IMG/VR virus record: IMGVR_UViG_2872698443_000005
Strand: one strand, 5' to 3'
Source: a virus
Taxonomy: Duplodnaviria; Heunggongvirae; Uroviricota; Caudoviricetes
DNA: 31,446 bases
Position numbers and translations under genes: made by a program. Below are positions 8,650-17,646 of the stretch, in pieces; the stretch's first letter is position 1, and each line of letters begins with the position of its first letter. The notes beneath the pieces are model-generated. The model had not been told where the DNA came from and did not search any database. It saw nothing but the letters and a program-made list of their open reading frames with translations.

Positions 8650-10712
8650 TGCTGAATCAGGAAACCGCAAAGGCAGCACGAACCGATTCAGGTTATATCC
8701 TTCGCGCACCGAGACGAATGCGGGTTGCTGATGCCGTTGCTCAGTATATGCGGGTGCCCATGGGGGCAGGGAACTCAGTCCCGTGGGATCCGCTGGTGGC
8801 ACCGTATGTTATTGAGCCTATGAACTGCCTGGCCTCGCGTGAATACGACGCAGTGATATTTGTTGGCCCGGCACGAACCGGCAAGACTATCGGCCTGATT
8901 GACGGCTGGGTGATTTACAACGTGATTTGCGATCCTGCTGATATGCTGATCATTCAGATGACGGAGGAAAAAGCCCGCGAACACTCCAAAAAACGACTCG
9001 CCAGAACGTTTCGCGTCAGCCCGGAAGTGGTCAGTCGCCTGAGTCCGAACAAAAATGACAACAACGTTTATGACAGAACATTCCTTGCTGGCAACTACCT
9101 GAAAATCGGCTGGCCGTCAGTCAATATCATGTCTTCATCAGATTATAAATGCGTGGCGCTGACGGATTATGACCGTTTTCCGGAAGATATTGATGGTGAG
9201 GGGGATGCCTTCTCTCTTGCCTCAAAACGTACCACCACATTTATGTCCAGTGGTATGACGCTGGTGGAGAGTTCCCCCGGCAGGGATGTGAAGGATGTGA
9301 AATGGCGACGGACTTCACCGCATGAGGCTCCACCAACCACGGGGATCCTGTCGCTCTATAACCGTGGCGATCGCCGTCGCTGGTACTGGCCCTGTCCACA
9401 CTGTGGTGAGTATTTTCAGCCCTGCGGCGATGTGGTTGCTGGTTTCCGTGATATTGCCGATCCTGTGCTGGCAAGTGAGGCGGCTTATATTCAGTGTCCT
9501 TCCTGTTCAGGACGGATTTTGCCTGAACAAAAACGCGAGCTGAACGGACGTGGGGTCTGGTTACGGGATGGTGAATCCATCAATGCAGATGGCAGTCGTT
9601 ATGGTGATCCCCGGCGTTCACGTATTGCGTCATTCTGGATGGAGGGGCCGGCAGCTGCTTATCAGACACTCTCGCAACTCGTTTACAAACTGCTTACTGC
9701 AGAACAGGAATACGAGACAACCGGAAGTGAAGAGACACTCAAGACGGTTATCAATACCGACTGGGGATTACCTTATCTTCCCCGCGCCAGCATGGAGCAA
9801 CGAAAAAGTGAATTGCTTGAGCAGCGGGCAGAGCCAGTTCCTTCCCGCAGTGTGCCGGATGGCGTTAATTTCCTTGTGGCGATAGTGGATGTGCAGGCGG
9901 GACGTCATCGCCGTTTTGTGGTTCAGGTAACGGGCTATGGCAGCCGTGGCGAACGCTGGATTATTGATCGTTACAACATCACGCAGTCATTGCGCGGTGA
10001 CAGCGACGGGGAGAGCCAGCGAATTGATCCGGCCAGCTATCCGGAAGACTGGGATGTCCTGCTGACGGATGTTTTTCATAAAAGCTGGCCGCTGGCCTCC
10101 GATCCTTCTCAACAAATGCGACTGATGGCAATGGCGGTGGACTCCGGCGGTGAAGACGGGGTCACTGATAATGCCTATAAATTCTGGCGTCGTTGCCGTC
10201 GTGATGGCCTTGGTAAACGTATTTACCTGTTTAAGGGCGACAGCATCCGGCGCGCAAAACTGATCACCCGTACATTCCCTGATAACACCGGACGAACGGG
10301 CCGACGGGCGCAGGCCGCAGGTGATGTACCGCTCTGGCTTCTTCAGACGGATGCCCTGAAAGACCGGGTGAATAACGCGTTATGGCGTGACTCGCCAGGT
10401 CCCGGCTATGTGCATTTCCCTGACTGGCTGGGGAGCTGGTTTTACGACGAACTGACGTATGAAGAGCGGAGCAGTGACGGGAAATGGAGTAAGCCGGGTC
10501 GCGGTGCCAACGAAGCTTTTGACCTGATGGTGTATGCCGAGGCTCTGGTCATTCTGCATGGATACGAAAAGATCCGCTGGCCGGATGCACCGGAGTGGGC
10601 GAGTCGGGAAACCTGGCTGGAGTGTGTCCCGGACAGTACCGAACCGTCACCCACACCGGAACCGGTATCCACGCCTGTTAAAAAAACAAAAACGGAAGAA
10701 AACAGTAACTGA
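8649..10712 (+). CDS. Terminase large subunit (lambda gpA family)
   Basis: 687-aa ORF with a Walker A motif (GPARTGKT) and a CPHCGE Zn-ribbon-like motif recalled from lambda gpA. Confidence 0.9.
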   Translation: MLNQETAKAARTDSGYILRAPRRMRVADAVAQYMRVPMGAGNSVPWDPLVAPYVIEPMNCLASREYDAVIFVGPARTGKTIGLIDGWVIYNVICDPADMLIIQMTEEKAREHSKKRLARTFRVSPEVVSRLSPNKNDNNVYDRTFLAGNYLKIGWPSVNIMSSSDYKCVALTDYDRFPEDIDGEGDAFSLASKRTTTFMSSGMTLVESSPGRDVKDVKWRRTSPHEAPPTTGILSLYNRGDRRRWYWPCPHCGEYFQPCGDVVAGFRDIADPVLASEAAYIQCPSCSGRILPEQKRELNGRGVWLRDGESINADGSRYGDPRRSRIASFWMEGPAAAYQTLSQLVYKLLTAEQEYETTGSEETLKTVINTDWGLPYLPRASMEQRKSELLEQRAEPVPSRSVPDGVNFLVAIVDVQAGRHRRFVVQVTGYGSRGERWIIDRYNITQSLRGDSDGESQRIDPASYPEDWDVLLTDVFHKSWPLASDPSQQMRLMAMAVDSGGEDGVTDNAYKFWRRCRRDGLGKRIYLFKGDSIRRAKLITRTFPDNTGRTGRRAQAAGDVPLWLLQTDALKDRVNNALWRDSPGPGYVHFPDWLGSWFYDELTYEERSSDGKWSKPGRGANEAFDLMVYAEALVILHGYEKIRWPDAPEWASRETWLECVPDSTEPSPTPEPVSTPVKKTKTEENSN

Positions 10713-10748
10713 CGATGTTAACCCCTGGCTGACTTCCGGAGGATGGTT

Positions 10749-10961
10749 ATGAATCAGAATGATATTGAAGCCATGATTCAGCGTTATACGGAAGCTGAAA
10801 TGGCGGTGCTGGACGGAAAATCCGTCACTTTTAATGGTCAGCAGATGACCATGGAAAACTTATCTGAGATCCGGCAGGGGCGGCAGGAGTGGGAGCGCCG
10901 CCTTGCGGCTCTGATTACACGACGACGGGGGCATCCCGGGTACCGGCTGGCGAGGTTCTGA
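10749..10961 (+). CDS. Head-tail joining protein (gpW-like)
   Basis: 70-aa ORF located between terminase and portal as in lambda; RBS ggagga 5 nt upstream; stop overlaps the portal ATG (ATGA). Confidence 0.65.
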   Translation: MNQNDIEAMIQRYTEAEMAVLDGKSVTFNGQQMTMENLSEIRQGRQEWERRLAALITRRRGHPGYRLARF

Positions 10962-12469
10962 TGGCAATTCTTGATGATGTGATTGGCGTTTTTTCACCAG
11001 GATGGAAAGCGGCAAGGCTGCGTTCCCGAGCGGTGATCCAAGCTTATGAGGCCGTAAAAACGACGCGGACACACAAAGCCCGACGGGAGAACCGAACTGC
11101 CGACCAGTTAAGCCAGTACGGGGCCGTGTCGTTACGTGAGCAGGCCCGTTACCTTGATAACAACCACGATCTGGTCATTGGTGTATTTGACAAGCTGGAA
11201 GAACGGGTGGTGGGGAAAAACGGGATTATTGTCGAGCCACATCCGGTATTACGCAATGGTGCCATTGCCCGTGACCTGGCAGCGGAGATACGTACCCGAT
11301 GGAGTGAATGGTCTGTCAGTCCGGAAGTCACCGGGCAGTTTACCCGTCCGATGCTGGAACGTCTGATGCTGCGTACCTGGCTGCGCGATGGTGAGGTGTT
11401 TGCCCAGATGGTTTCCGGGCGCATAAACAGCCTGACGCCTTCTGCCGGTGTTCATTTCTGGCTGGAGGCGCTCGAGCCGGACTTTATTCCCATGACCAGT
11501 GATGAGAGCAACAGGCTGAATCAGGGCGTGTTTGTTGATGACTGGGGGCGTCCCGAAAAATATCTGGTGTATAAAAGTCGTCCTGTATCCGGACGGCAGA
11601 TGGAAACCAAAGAAGTGGATGCAGAGCGAATGCTGCATCTTAAATTTGTTCGCCGTCTGCACCAGATGCGCGGGACGTCTTTATTGTCCGGTGTGCTGAT
11701 CCGCCTCAGCGCCCTGAAAGAGTATGAAGATTCTGAGCTGACTGCAGCAAGGATCGCCGCTGCTCTGGGGATGTACATCCGGAAAGGCGACGGACAGAGC
11801 TATGAAACGGATGGTAATGACAGCAAGGAGAATGAACGCGAGCTTACCATTCAGCCAGGCATTATTTACGACGATCTGAAACCCGGCGAAGAAATCGGAA
11901 TGGTGAAGTCGGATCGTCCCAATCCTAACCTTGAAACTTTTCGTAATGGTCAGTTGCGTGCCGTGGCGGCGGGCAGTCGTCTGAGTTTTTCCAGTACGGC
12001 ACGCAACTATAACGGTACTTACAGCGCCCAGCGTCAGGAACTGGTTGAGTCTACTGATGGCTACCTGATCCTGCAGGACTGGTTTATTGGTGCCGTCACC
12101 CGCCCGATGTATCGTGCCTGGCTGAAACAGGCTGTGGCATCCGGTGTTATCAGGCTACCCCGCGATCTTGACCGTTCTTCACTGTATACCGCGGTGTATT
12201 CCGGACCAGTGATGCCGTGGATTGACCCTGTTAAGGAGGCTGAGGCCTGGAAAATCCAGATTCGTGGTGGAGCGGCGACAGAATCAGACTGGGTACGTGC
12301 TGGTGGTCGTAATCCGGATGATGTCAAACGTCGGCGCAAGGCCGAAATTGATGAAAACCGCAAGCTGGATCTGGTATTTGATACCGATCCGGCCAGTGAT
12401 AAAGGAGGCAGCAGTGCCGCAACGAAACGACAGGAGCCGCAGCACACCGACGACCAGTCCGAAGAATAA
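10961..12469 (+). CDS. Portal protein (assigned by position and size; not lambda gpB-like in sequence)
   Basis: 502-aa ORF directly after the gpW-like gene and before the protease-capsid gene. Confidence 0.7.
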   Translation: MAILDDVIGVFSPGWKAARLRSRAVIQAYEAVKTTRTHKARRENRTADQLSQYGAVSLREQARYLDNNHDLVIGVFDKLEERVVGKNGIIVEPHPVLRNGAIARDLAAEIRTRWSEWSVSPEVTGQFTRPMLERLMLRTWLRDGEVFAQMVSGRINSLTPSAGVHFWLEALEPDFIPMTSDESNRLNQGVFVDDWGRPEKYLVYKSRPVSGRQMETKEVDAERMLHLKFVRRLHQMRGTSLLSGVLIRLSALKEYEDSELTAARIAAALGMYIRKGDGQSYETDGNDSKENERELTIQPGIIYDDLKPGEEIGMVKSDRPNPNLETFRNGQLRAVAAGSRLSFSSTARNYNGTYSAQRQELVESTDGYLILQDWFIGAVTRPMYRAWLKQAVASGVIRLPRDLDRSSLYTAVYSGPVMPWIDPVKEAEAWKIQIRGGAATESDWVRAGGRNPDDVKRRRKAEIDENRKLDLVFDTDPASDKGGSSAATKRQEPQHTDDQSEE

Positions 12470-12482
12470 TTCCTGGTTCAGG

Positions 12483-14441
12483 ATGCAGGCTGGTCACCAG
12501 AGTGACGCGGATATTTATATTTATGACGAGATTGGTTTCTGGGGTGTTACAGCGAAGCAGTTTATCAGTGATCTGAATGCACTGGGCGATATCACCCACA
12601 TTAATCTCCATATTAATTCACCGGGTGGCGATGTCTTTGAAGGCATCGCCATTTTTAATGCGCTGAAAACACATGGTGCGTCCATTACGGTTTATGTCGA
12701 CGGTGTGGCGGCGTCAATGGCGTCGGTCATTGCGATGGTGGGAAACCCGGTCATTATGCCGGAAAACACTTTCATGATGATTCATAAACCATTTGGCTTT
12801 ACGGGCGGTGATGCGGAGGACATGCGCACCTATGCCGACCTGCTCGATAAAGTTGAGGCGGTTCTGTTACCCGCTTATGCACAGAAAACCGGGAAAACCA
12901 CCGATGAAATTGCTGCCATGCTGGCGGATGAGACCTGGATGTCCGGTGCCGAATGTCTGGCACATGGATTTGCTGATCAGGTAACGCCAGCCGTTAAGGC
13001 AATGGCATGTATTCAGTCAAAACGTACAGAGGAATTTAAAAAGATGCCGGAATCCATTCGAAACATGATTACTCCGCCACGCAACAGTGCTCCACGCGTA
13101 CAGGATGATGAACCTGCAGCCTCCCGGACGCCAGTGCAGGCAGCAGCACCCGTGGTGGATGAAAACAGTATCCGTGCGCAGGTACTGGCAGAGCAAAAAG
13201 CGCGTGTAAACGGTATTAATGATCTGTTTGCCATGTTTGGCGGGCGTTATCAGACTCTGCAGGCTCAGTGTCTTGCCGATCCTGAATGTTCGCTGGAGCA
13301 GGCCCGCGAAAAGCTGTTGAACGAGATGGGGCGCGAGTCCACGCCATCCAATAAAAATACCCCGGCTCATATTTATGCCGGTAACGGTAATTTTGTGGGG
13401 GACGGGATCCGCCAGGCGCTGATGGCGCGTGCCGGATTTGAAAAAACCGAACGTGATAATGTCTACAACGGGATGACCCTGCGTGAATATGCCCGTATGT
13501 CACTGACTGAACGGGGTATTGGGGTTTCCAGTTATAACCCGATGCAGATGGTCGGTGCGGCGTTCACACACAGTACGTCTGACTTCGGTAATATTCTGCT
13601 GGATGTTGCGAACAAAGCCATTCTGCAGGGCTGGGAAGATGCTCCTGAAACCTATGAACAGTGGACGCGGAAAGGTCAGTTGTCTGATTTTAAAATTGCC
13701 CATCGTGTGGGTATGGGGGGCTTCAGTGCTCTGCGTCAGGTGCGTGAAGGGGCGGAATATAAATACGTCACCACCGGAGATAAACAGGCCACTATTGCAC
13801 TGGCGACCTATGGCGAGCTGTTCAGTATCACCCGTCAGGCCATTATCAATGATGATCTGAATATGCTGACCGATGTCCCGATGAAGCTGGGCCGTGCGGC
13901 GAAATCCACCATTGCCGATCTGGTTTATGCCATTCTGACGTCTAACCCGAAAATCTCCACAGATAATGTAAGTCTGTTCGATAAAGCGAAACATGCAAAC
14001 GTACTGGAGAGCGCTGCAATGGACGTGGCATCGCTGGATAAAGCCCGCCAGTTGATGCGCGTTCAGAAAGAGGGGGAGCGTCATCTGAATATTCGTCCTG
14101 CGTTCGTACTGGTACCGACGGCGATGGAGTCTGTTGCTAACCAGGTCATTCGCTCCTCAAGTGTCAAGGGGGCTGACATTAACGCCGGTATTATTAACCC
14201 GGTGAAAGATTTTGCGACCGTTATTGCAGAGCCTCGTCTTGATGATAACAGCCAGACCACCTTCTACCTGGCTGCGTCCAAAGGCTCCGATACGATTGAA
14301 GTGGCTTATCTCAACGGTGTGGATACGCCATATATTGATCAGATGGAGGGCTTCAGTGTGGATGGCGTGACAACGAAAGTGCGTATTGACGCCGGTGTCG
14401 CGCCAGTTGATCACCGCGGTCTGGTGAAATGTACGGCGTAA
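12483..14441 (+). CDS. Single ORF with ClpP-like prohead protease N-terminus, scaffold-like middle region and HK97-fold major capsid C-terminus
   Basis: 652 aa from the first ATG after the portal stop. N-terminus has ClpP/S14-like motifs (GGDVFEGIAIFNALK, GVAASMASVI, MMIHKP); the middle is Ala/Gln-rich and helical; the C-terminal ~300 aa look like a capsid domain. No stop or frame change between the parts. Confidence 0.75.
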   Translation: MQAGHQSDADIYIYDEIGFWGVTAKQFISDLNALGDITHINLHINSPGGDVFEGIAIFNALKTHGASITVYVDGVAASMASVIAMVGNPVIMPENTFMMIHKPFGFTGGDAEDMRTYADLLDKVEAVLLPAYAQKTGKTTDEIAAMLADETWMSGAECLAHGFADQVTPAVKAMACIQSKRTEEFKKMPESIRNMITPPRNSAPRVQDDEPAASRTPVQAAAPVVDENSIRAQVLAEQKARVNGINDLFAMFGGRYQTLQAQCLADPECSLEQAREKLLNEMGRESTPSNKNTPAHIYAGNGNFVGDGIRQALMARAGFEKTERDNVYNGMTLREYARMSLTERGIGVSSYNPMQMVGAAFTHSTSDFGNILLDVANKAILQGWEDAPETYEQWTRKGQLSDFKIAHRVGMGGFSALRQVREGAEYKYVTTGDKQATIALATYGELFSITRQAIINDDLNMLTDVPMKLGRAAKSTIADLVYAILTSNPKISTDNVSLFDKAKHANVLESAAMDVASLDKARQLMRVQKEGERHLNIRPAFVLVPTAMESVANQVIRSSSVKGADINAGIINPVKDFATVIAEPRLDDNSQTTFYLAASKGSDTIEVAYLNGVDTPYIDQMEGFSVDGVTTKVRIDAGVAPVDHRGLVKCTA

Positions 14442-14464
14442 ACGTCGCAGACAACAACTCTGAT

Positions 14465-14484
14465 GGCCCGTAAGGGCTTTTTTT
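14465..14484 (+). terminator. Possible rho-independent terminator after the capsid gene
   Basis: gccc-gtaa-gggc stem-loop followed by a run of seven T. Confidence 0.4.
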
Positions 14485-14527
14485 GTACCTGAAATCAGCC
14501 TCTGAACGGGGCTGTGCGGAGACAGTT

Positions 14528-14851
14528 ATGGCAAAGAATTTTGTAGAAGAAGGAAAAACGGTGGCGATTGTTGCCAGTGCAGCCATCAGCAGCGGAGATC
14601 TGGTGCAGGTGGGTGATGTTTTTGCGGTGGCGCTGACCGATATTCCACAGGGTGAAACAGGCGACGGCATGACCGAAGGTGTGTTTATCCTGCCTAAACT
14701 GAAAACGGATGACATGAAAACGGGTAAGAAGGTTTATCTGAAGTCCGGAAAAGTTCAGCTGACTAACAGCGGCTCTGATCCGCTGGTCGGGGTTGTCTGG
14801 GCAGATGCCGGAACCAGTGCAGAAGAAGTGCCGGTAAAACTCAATGTCTGA
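14528..14851 (+). CDS. Small head-associated protein (hypothetical), 107 aa
   Basis: ORF with a good RBS (ggaga); located between the capsid gene and the head-completion/tail genes. Confidence 0.5.
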   Translation: MAKNFVEEGKTVAIVASAAISSGDLVQVGDVFAVALTDIPQGETGDGMTEGVFILPKLKTDDMKTGKKVYLKSGKVQLTNSGSDPLVGVVWADAGTSAEEVPVKLNV

Positions 14852-15119
14852 TCCTTTTTCCCGGCTGGCAGCGCGTATGGATGCGATCACGGTCAGAAAG
14901 ATGGGAAAGACAGCCTCGATTAATGATGTCGATATGGCTGTGATCCCGGGCGAAACACTGGCAGAGCTGAATGCTCTGTCCGGACCTGCGGTCTCTCTGG
15001 TGGTGTTTTCTTCGGGATACCGCCCACGGCGCGGGGATCGCGTTGTTTATGACGGACAACAATGGACGGTCACACGGCATGAACGTTTTAACGGTAAGCC
15101 AATGATCTTTATTGAGTAA
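14844..15119 (+). CDS. Head-tail adaptor / head completion protein (hypothetical), 91 aa
   Basis: ORF overlapping the preceding gene by 8 nt; occupies the position of lambda FII. Confidence 0.45.
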   Translation: MSDPFSRLAARMDAITVRKMGKTASINDVDMAVIPGETLAELNALSGPAVSLVVFSSGYRPRRGDRVVYDGQQWTVTRHERFNGKPMIFIE

Positions 15120-15130
15120 AGAGGTGTGGG

Positions 15131-15709
15131 ATGAAGGGGCTTGAGAATGCCATCCGCAATCTGAACAGCCTTGATACCCGTATGGTGCCACAGGCCAGCG
15201 CATGGGCGATAAACCGTGTGGCACAGAAAGCGGTCTCGGTTGCCACCCGGCAGGTTGCCGGGAATACCGTTGCGGGAGATAACCAGGTGAAAGGGATCCC
15301 CCTGAAACTGGTACGTCAGCGTGTCCGGGTGTTTAAAGCCAGTCCGTCAGGAAAAATGACGGCCAGGATCCGCGTTAACCGGGGCAATCTGCCCGCCATT
15401 AAGCTGGGGACAGCCCGGGTCAGACTGGCCCGGCGTGGTGGAAAACTGCAGTACCGTGGCAGTGTGCTGAAGGTGGGTAAATATCTTTTCCGGGATGCGT
15501 TTATTCAGCAACTGGCGAATGGTCGCTGGCATGTGATGCGGCGTATTGATGGCAAAAATCGTTACCCCATTGATGTGGTGAAAATCCCGCTGTCCGGACC
15601 GCTGACACAGGCATTTGAAGATGCCCGCGACCACATCATTGCTGCGGAAATGCCGAAACAGCTGGGGTATGCACTGAAACAACAACTGAGGTTATGGCTG
15701 ACCCGATGA
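15131..15709 (+). CDS. Z: Tail completion protein Z (lambda gpZ homologue)
   Basis: 192 aa; motifs shared with recalled lambda Z (KGLE..A..NL, QQL.NGRWHVM.R..GKNRYPIDVVKIP, KELGYAL.HQLR). Confidence 0.85.
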   Translation: MKGLENAIRNLNSLDTRMVPQASAWAINRVAQKAVSVATRQVAGNTVAGDNQVKGIPLKLVRQRVRVFKASPSGKMTARIRVNRGNLPAIKLGTARVRLARRGGKLQYRGSVLKVGKYLFRDAFIQQLANGRWHVMRRIDGKNRYPIDVVKIPLSGPLTQAFEDARDHIIAAEMPKQLGYALKQQLRLWLTR

Positions 15710-16107
15710 ACCGGCATACACAAATCCGCCAGGCCGTACTGGCACGCCTTCGGGAACAGTGTGGAGACAGCGCCACGTTTTTTGACGGGCTTCCGGCATT
15801 TATTGATGCGCAGGAACTGCCTGCCGTGGCGGTGTGGCTGAGTGATGCTCAGTACACCGGAAAAATGACGGATGAAGATGACTGGCAGGCTGTTCTGCAT
15901 ATTGCCGTCTTCATCCGGGCACAGGCACCGGATTCAGAGCTGGATATGTGGATGGAGAGCACCATTTTCCCTGCCCTGAATGATATACCGGCACTTTCCG
16001 GACTCATCGACACCCTGATCCCACTCGGTTTTAACTATCAACGTGATAATGAGATGGCCACCTGGACGATGGCGGAAATCACGTACCAGATCACGTACAC
16101 GAATTAA
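15706..16107 (+). CDS. U: Tail terminator protein U (lambda gpU homologue)
   Basis: 133 aa; ATG overlaps the Z stop (ATGA); shares GATFFDG.PA..D....PAVAV.L......TG and PDSELD.WMES with recalled lambda U. Confidence 0.85.
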   Translation: MNRHTQIRQAVLARLREQCGDSATFFDGLPAFIDAQELPAVAVWLSDAQYTGKMTDEDDWQAVLHIAVFIRAQAPDSELDMWMESTIFPALNDIPALSGLIDTLIPLGFNYQRDNEMATWTMAEITYQITYTN

Positions 16108-16117
16108 GGAGGTGGTA

Positions 16118-16861
16118 ATGACCACACCAAATCCACTGGCAAAGACGAAAGGTGCGGGGACGACGTTCTGGATGTATACCGGCAACGGCGATGCGTTTGC
16201 GAACCCTTTGTCGGACACTGACTGGCTGCGTCTTGCGATGGTGAAGGATCTGCAACCTGGCGAAATGACCGCTGATGCAGAAGATGACACTTATCTCGAT
16301 GATGAAGATGCAGACTGGAAAACGACAACCCAGGGGCAGAAATCCGTTGGTGATACTTCGGCGACGCTGGCCTGGCGTCCGGGTGACAGCGGGCAGAAAA
16401 AACTGGTTCAGTTGTTCGACTCCGGTGAAGTCTGCGCGTTTCGTATCAAATATCCCAACGGCACTGTTGATGTTTTCCGTGGCTGGCTGAGCTCACTGGG
16501 TAAAACCATTGCCTCAAAAGACGTGATGACCCGCACTGTGAAAATCAGCGGTGTGGGGCGTCCGTATCTGGCAGAGGAAGGCACTGAAACCGTGAGCGTT
16601 ACCGGGCTGACAGTATCACCGGCGTCTGCCAGTGTAAAAGTGGGAGCAACCACCACGCTGACCTTTACAGTAAAACCTGACGGAGCCAGTGACAAAGCGA
16701 TCAGTGTGCATTCGTCAGATCCACAGACTGCCACGGTTACCCTGAACGGACTTGTGGCCACGGTAAAAGGCGTGAAGCAGGGCAGTGTCAGCATTGTGGG
16801 CATGACCGCTGACGGGAATTTTGTGGCTGTGACTGCGGTGACTGTCAGCGCAGCAGGTTAA
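16118..16861 (+). CDS. V: Major tail tube protein V (lambda gpV homologue) with C-terminal Ig-like domain
   Basis: 247 aa; strong RBS aaggaggtgg; N-terminal ..KGAGTT.W.Y.G.GD..ANPLSD.DW.RLA.VKDL.PGE.TA.. matches recalled lambda V. Confidence 0.9.
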   Translation: MTTPNPLAKTKGAGTTFWMYTGNGDAFANPLSDTDWLRLAMVKDLQPGEMTADAEDDTYLDDEDADWKTTTQGQKSVGDTSATLAWRPGDSGQKKLVQLFDSGEVCAFRIKYPNGTVDVFRGWLSSLGKTIASKDVMTRTVKISGVGRPYLAEEGTETVSVTGLTVSPASASVKVGATTTLTFTVKPDGASDKAISVHSSDPQTATVTLNGLVATVKGVKQGSVSIVGMTADGNFVAVTAVTVSAAG

Positions 16862-16882
16862 CAGGACGATACTCATCATTTG

Positions 16883-16905
16883 CCCCGGTTATGCGGGGCT
16901 TTTTT
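16883..16905 (+). terminator. Hairpin plus T-run after the major tail gene (possible partial terminator)
   Basis: ccccg-gttatg-cgggg stem followed by cttttttg, between V and G. Confidence 0.4.
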
Positions 16906-16921
16906 GCAGGTGGAGAACATG

Positions 16922-17308
16922 ATGTTTCTGAAACAGGACACGTTTAATTATGAAAAACAGTCCGTGGTGCTCAGTGAGCTGTCCGGGCTGCAGAGAATTG
17001 AATATCTGACGTTTGTTCAGCAGCGAACGGCAAAGTTTGATGCCGGGGAGGGAGAACTGCCGGAGGCTGAACGACAGATTGCTTTTCTGCGGATGGGGAT
17101 GGATATCAATGCCTGGCTGGTTTCCCGCTCACTGTGGAATGCGGATCAGTCTAAGGATGTAGAGACGCTTTGCGCATCCGTTATTACAACATGGTCGTAT
17201 GATGCCCTGGGTGCGGGGGCGGAGATGGTTCTGTCGCTGAGCGGTATGGGGGCCATTGATAATGCCGTGGATGATGAGCATGAGGCGCTGACGCCGGAAA
17301 AGTCCTGA
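16922..17308 (+). CDS. G: Tail assembly chaperone G (lambda gpG homologue)
   Basis: MFLKQDTFNYEKQSVVLSELSGLQRIEYL...AEMVLSLSGMGAIDNA... resembles recalled lambda G; RBS ggtggaga. Confidence 0.85.
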   Translation: MFLKQDTFNYEKQSVVLSELSGLQRIEYLTFVQQRTAKFDAGEGELPEAERQIAFLRMGMDINAWLVSRSLWNADQSKDVETLCASVITTWSYDALGAGAEMVLSLSGMGAIDNAVDDEHEALTPEKS

Positions 17309-17646
17309 CGCGGGAAATGCAGTTTGTCATGCGGCTTGCCCGGGAGTTCCGGCGGGCAGACTGGCGGCGGATGCTGTCGGAAATGTCGGCCACTGAGCTT
17401 GGTGAGTGGGGCGATTATTTCCGGATGCAGAGCTTCAGTGATGTGTGGATGGATGCGCAGTTTGCCTCGCTGAAGGCATTGATCGTGAGAATGGTGTCCG
17501 GCAGCAGTGATGCTGCGGTGGCTGATTTCAGCCTTTTACCGGAAGAGAACGGGATACCGGAGCGAACGGACGAAGAACTGATGCATCTTGGGGAAGGTAT
17601 TTCCGGAGGTGTGCGTTATGGACCAGATAGCCAACCTGGTCATTGA
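17284..17646 (+). CDS. T: T reading frame, predicted to be expressed only as a G-T fusion by a -1 ribosomal frameshift near the 3' end of G
   Basis: The -1 frame opens at 17284 and the G stop is at 17306-17308, so the slip must occur within about 22 nt. That window contains GGAAAAG (17296-17302), at the position of lambda's GGGAAAG slip site. Confidence 0.7.
   Translation, partial: GADAGKVLTREMQFVMRLAREFRRADWRRMLSEMSATELGEWGDYFRMQSFSDVWMDAQFASLKALIVRMVSGSSDAAVADFSLLPEENGIPERTDEELMHLGEGISGGVRYGPDSQPGH

Noticed and set aside
12222-12482. Upstream extension of the protease-capsid ORF (track start at 12222) overlapping the portal 3' end by 248 nt.
   Set aside because: The overlap with the portal is implausibly long; the first in-frame ATG after the portal stop (12483) is the likely start.
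13500-14084. 194-aa minus-strand ORF, and other antisense ORFs across the head and tail genes (for example 21088-21732 minus, 23863-24405 minus, 19544-20029 minus, 11249-11662 minus).
   Set aside because: All overlap strongly supported plus-strand structural genes on the opposite strand; no independent signals.
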